Assembly (NCBI GenBank): GCA_963753345.1
Contig: CAVWBU010000049.1
Span: forward strand, 207,017-271,016
From: an uncultured Fibrobacterota bacterium
GTDB lineage: Bacteria; Fibrobacterota; Chitinivibrionia; Chitinivibrionales; FEN-1185
Length of the DNA: 64,000 nucleotides
Reading direction: 5' to 3'
The position numbers and the translations under genes were made by a program. Below the pieces are notes generated by a model. That model did not search any database. It had not been told where the DNA came from and saw nothing but the letters and a program-made list of their open reading frames with translations. Below are positions 63,998 through 64,000 of this stretch, piece by piece (the stretch's first letter is position 1; each line of letters begins with the position of its first letter).

Positions 63998-64000
63998 TAA

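Overview
GC-rich bacterial window, most consistent with Fibrobacterota (Chitinivibrionia-like), based on fibro-slime domains and T9SS-like tails. 1-33.8 kb: housekeeping genes (radical SAM, phosphoesterases, nifU, acyl-CoA synthetase/ACP/PlsC fusion, MFS, deacetylase, Fe-ADH, NFACT) plus a cluster of secreted fibro-slime/Ig-repeat proteins. 33.8-63.9 kb, between tRNA-fMet and tRNA-Ala: accessory genes for secreted glycan-active proteins (GH76, four tandem GH64, GH88/105, GH2, two beta-helix proteins), a TIR protein and a diguanylate cyclase. Highlights: (1) a four-copy, two-hairpin, IS200/IS605-like miniature element with an empty-site control, one copy inserted in frame (39 codons) in a radical SAM gene, and a nested module in its hairpin loops; (2) an exactly spaced TGAAC-N16-GCGACT promoter-like motif before all four fibro-slime transcription units; (3) three tandem giant fibro-slime proteins with 1, 2 and 3 stalk modules; (4) GH64 enzymes with a sorting-domain-like module near the N-terminus; (5) repeated tRNA-Met 3' remnants. 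Many single-base frameshifts suggest long-read assembly errors. All family assignments come from motif recognition, not database searches.
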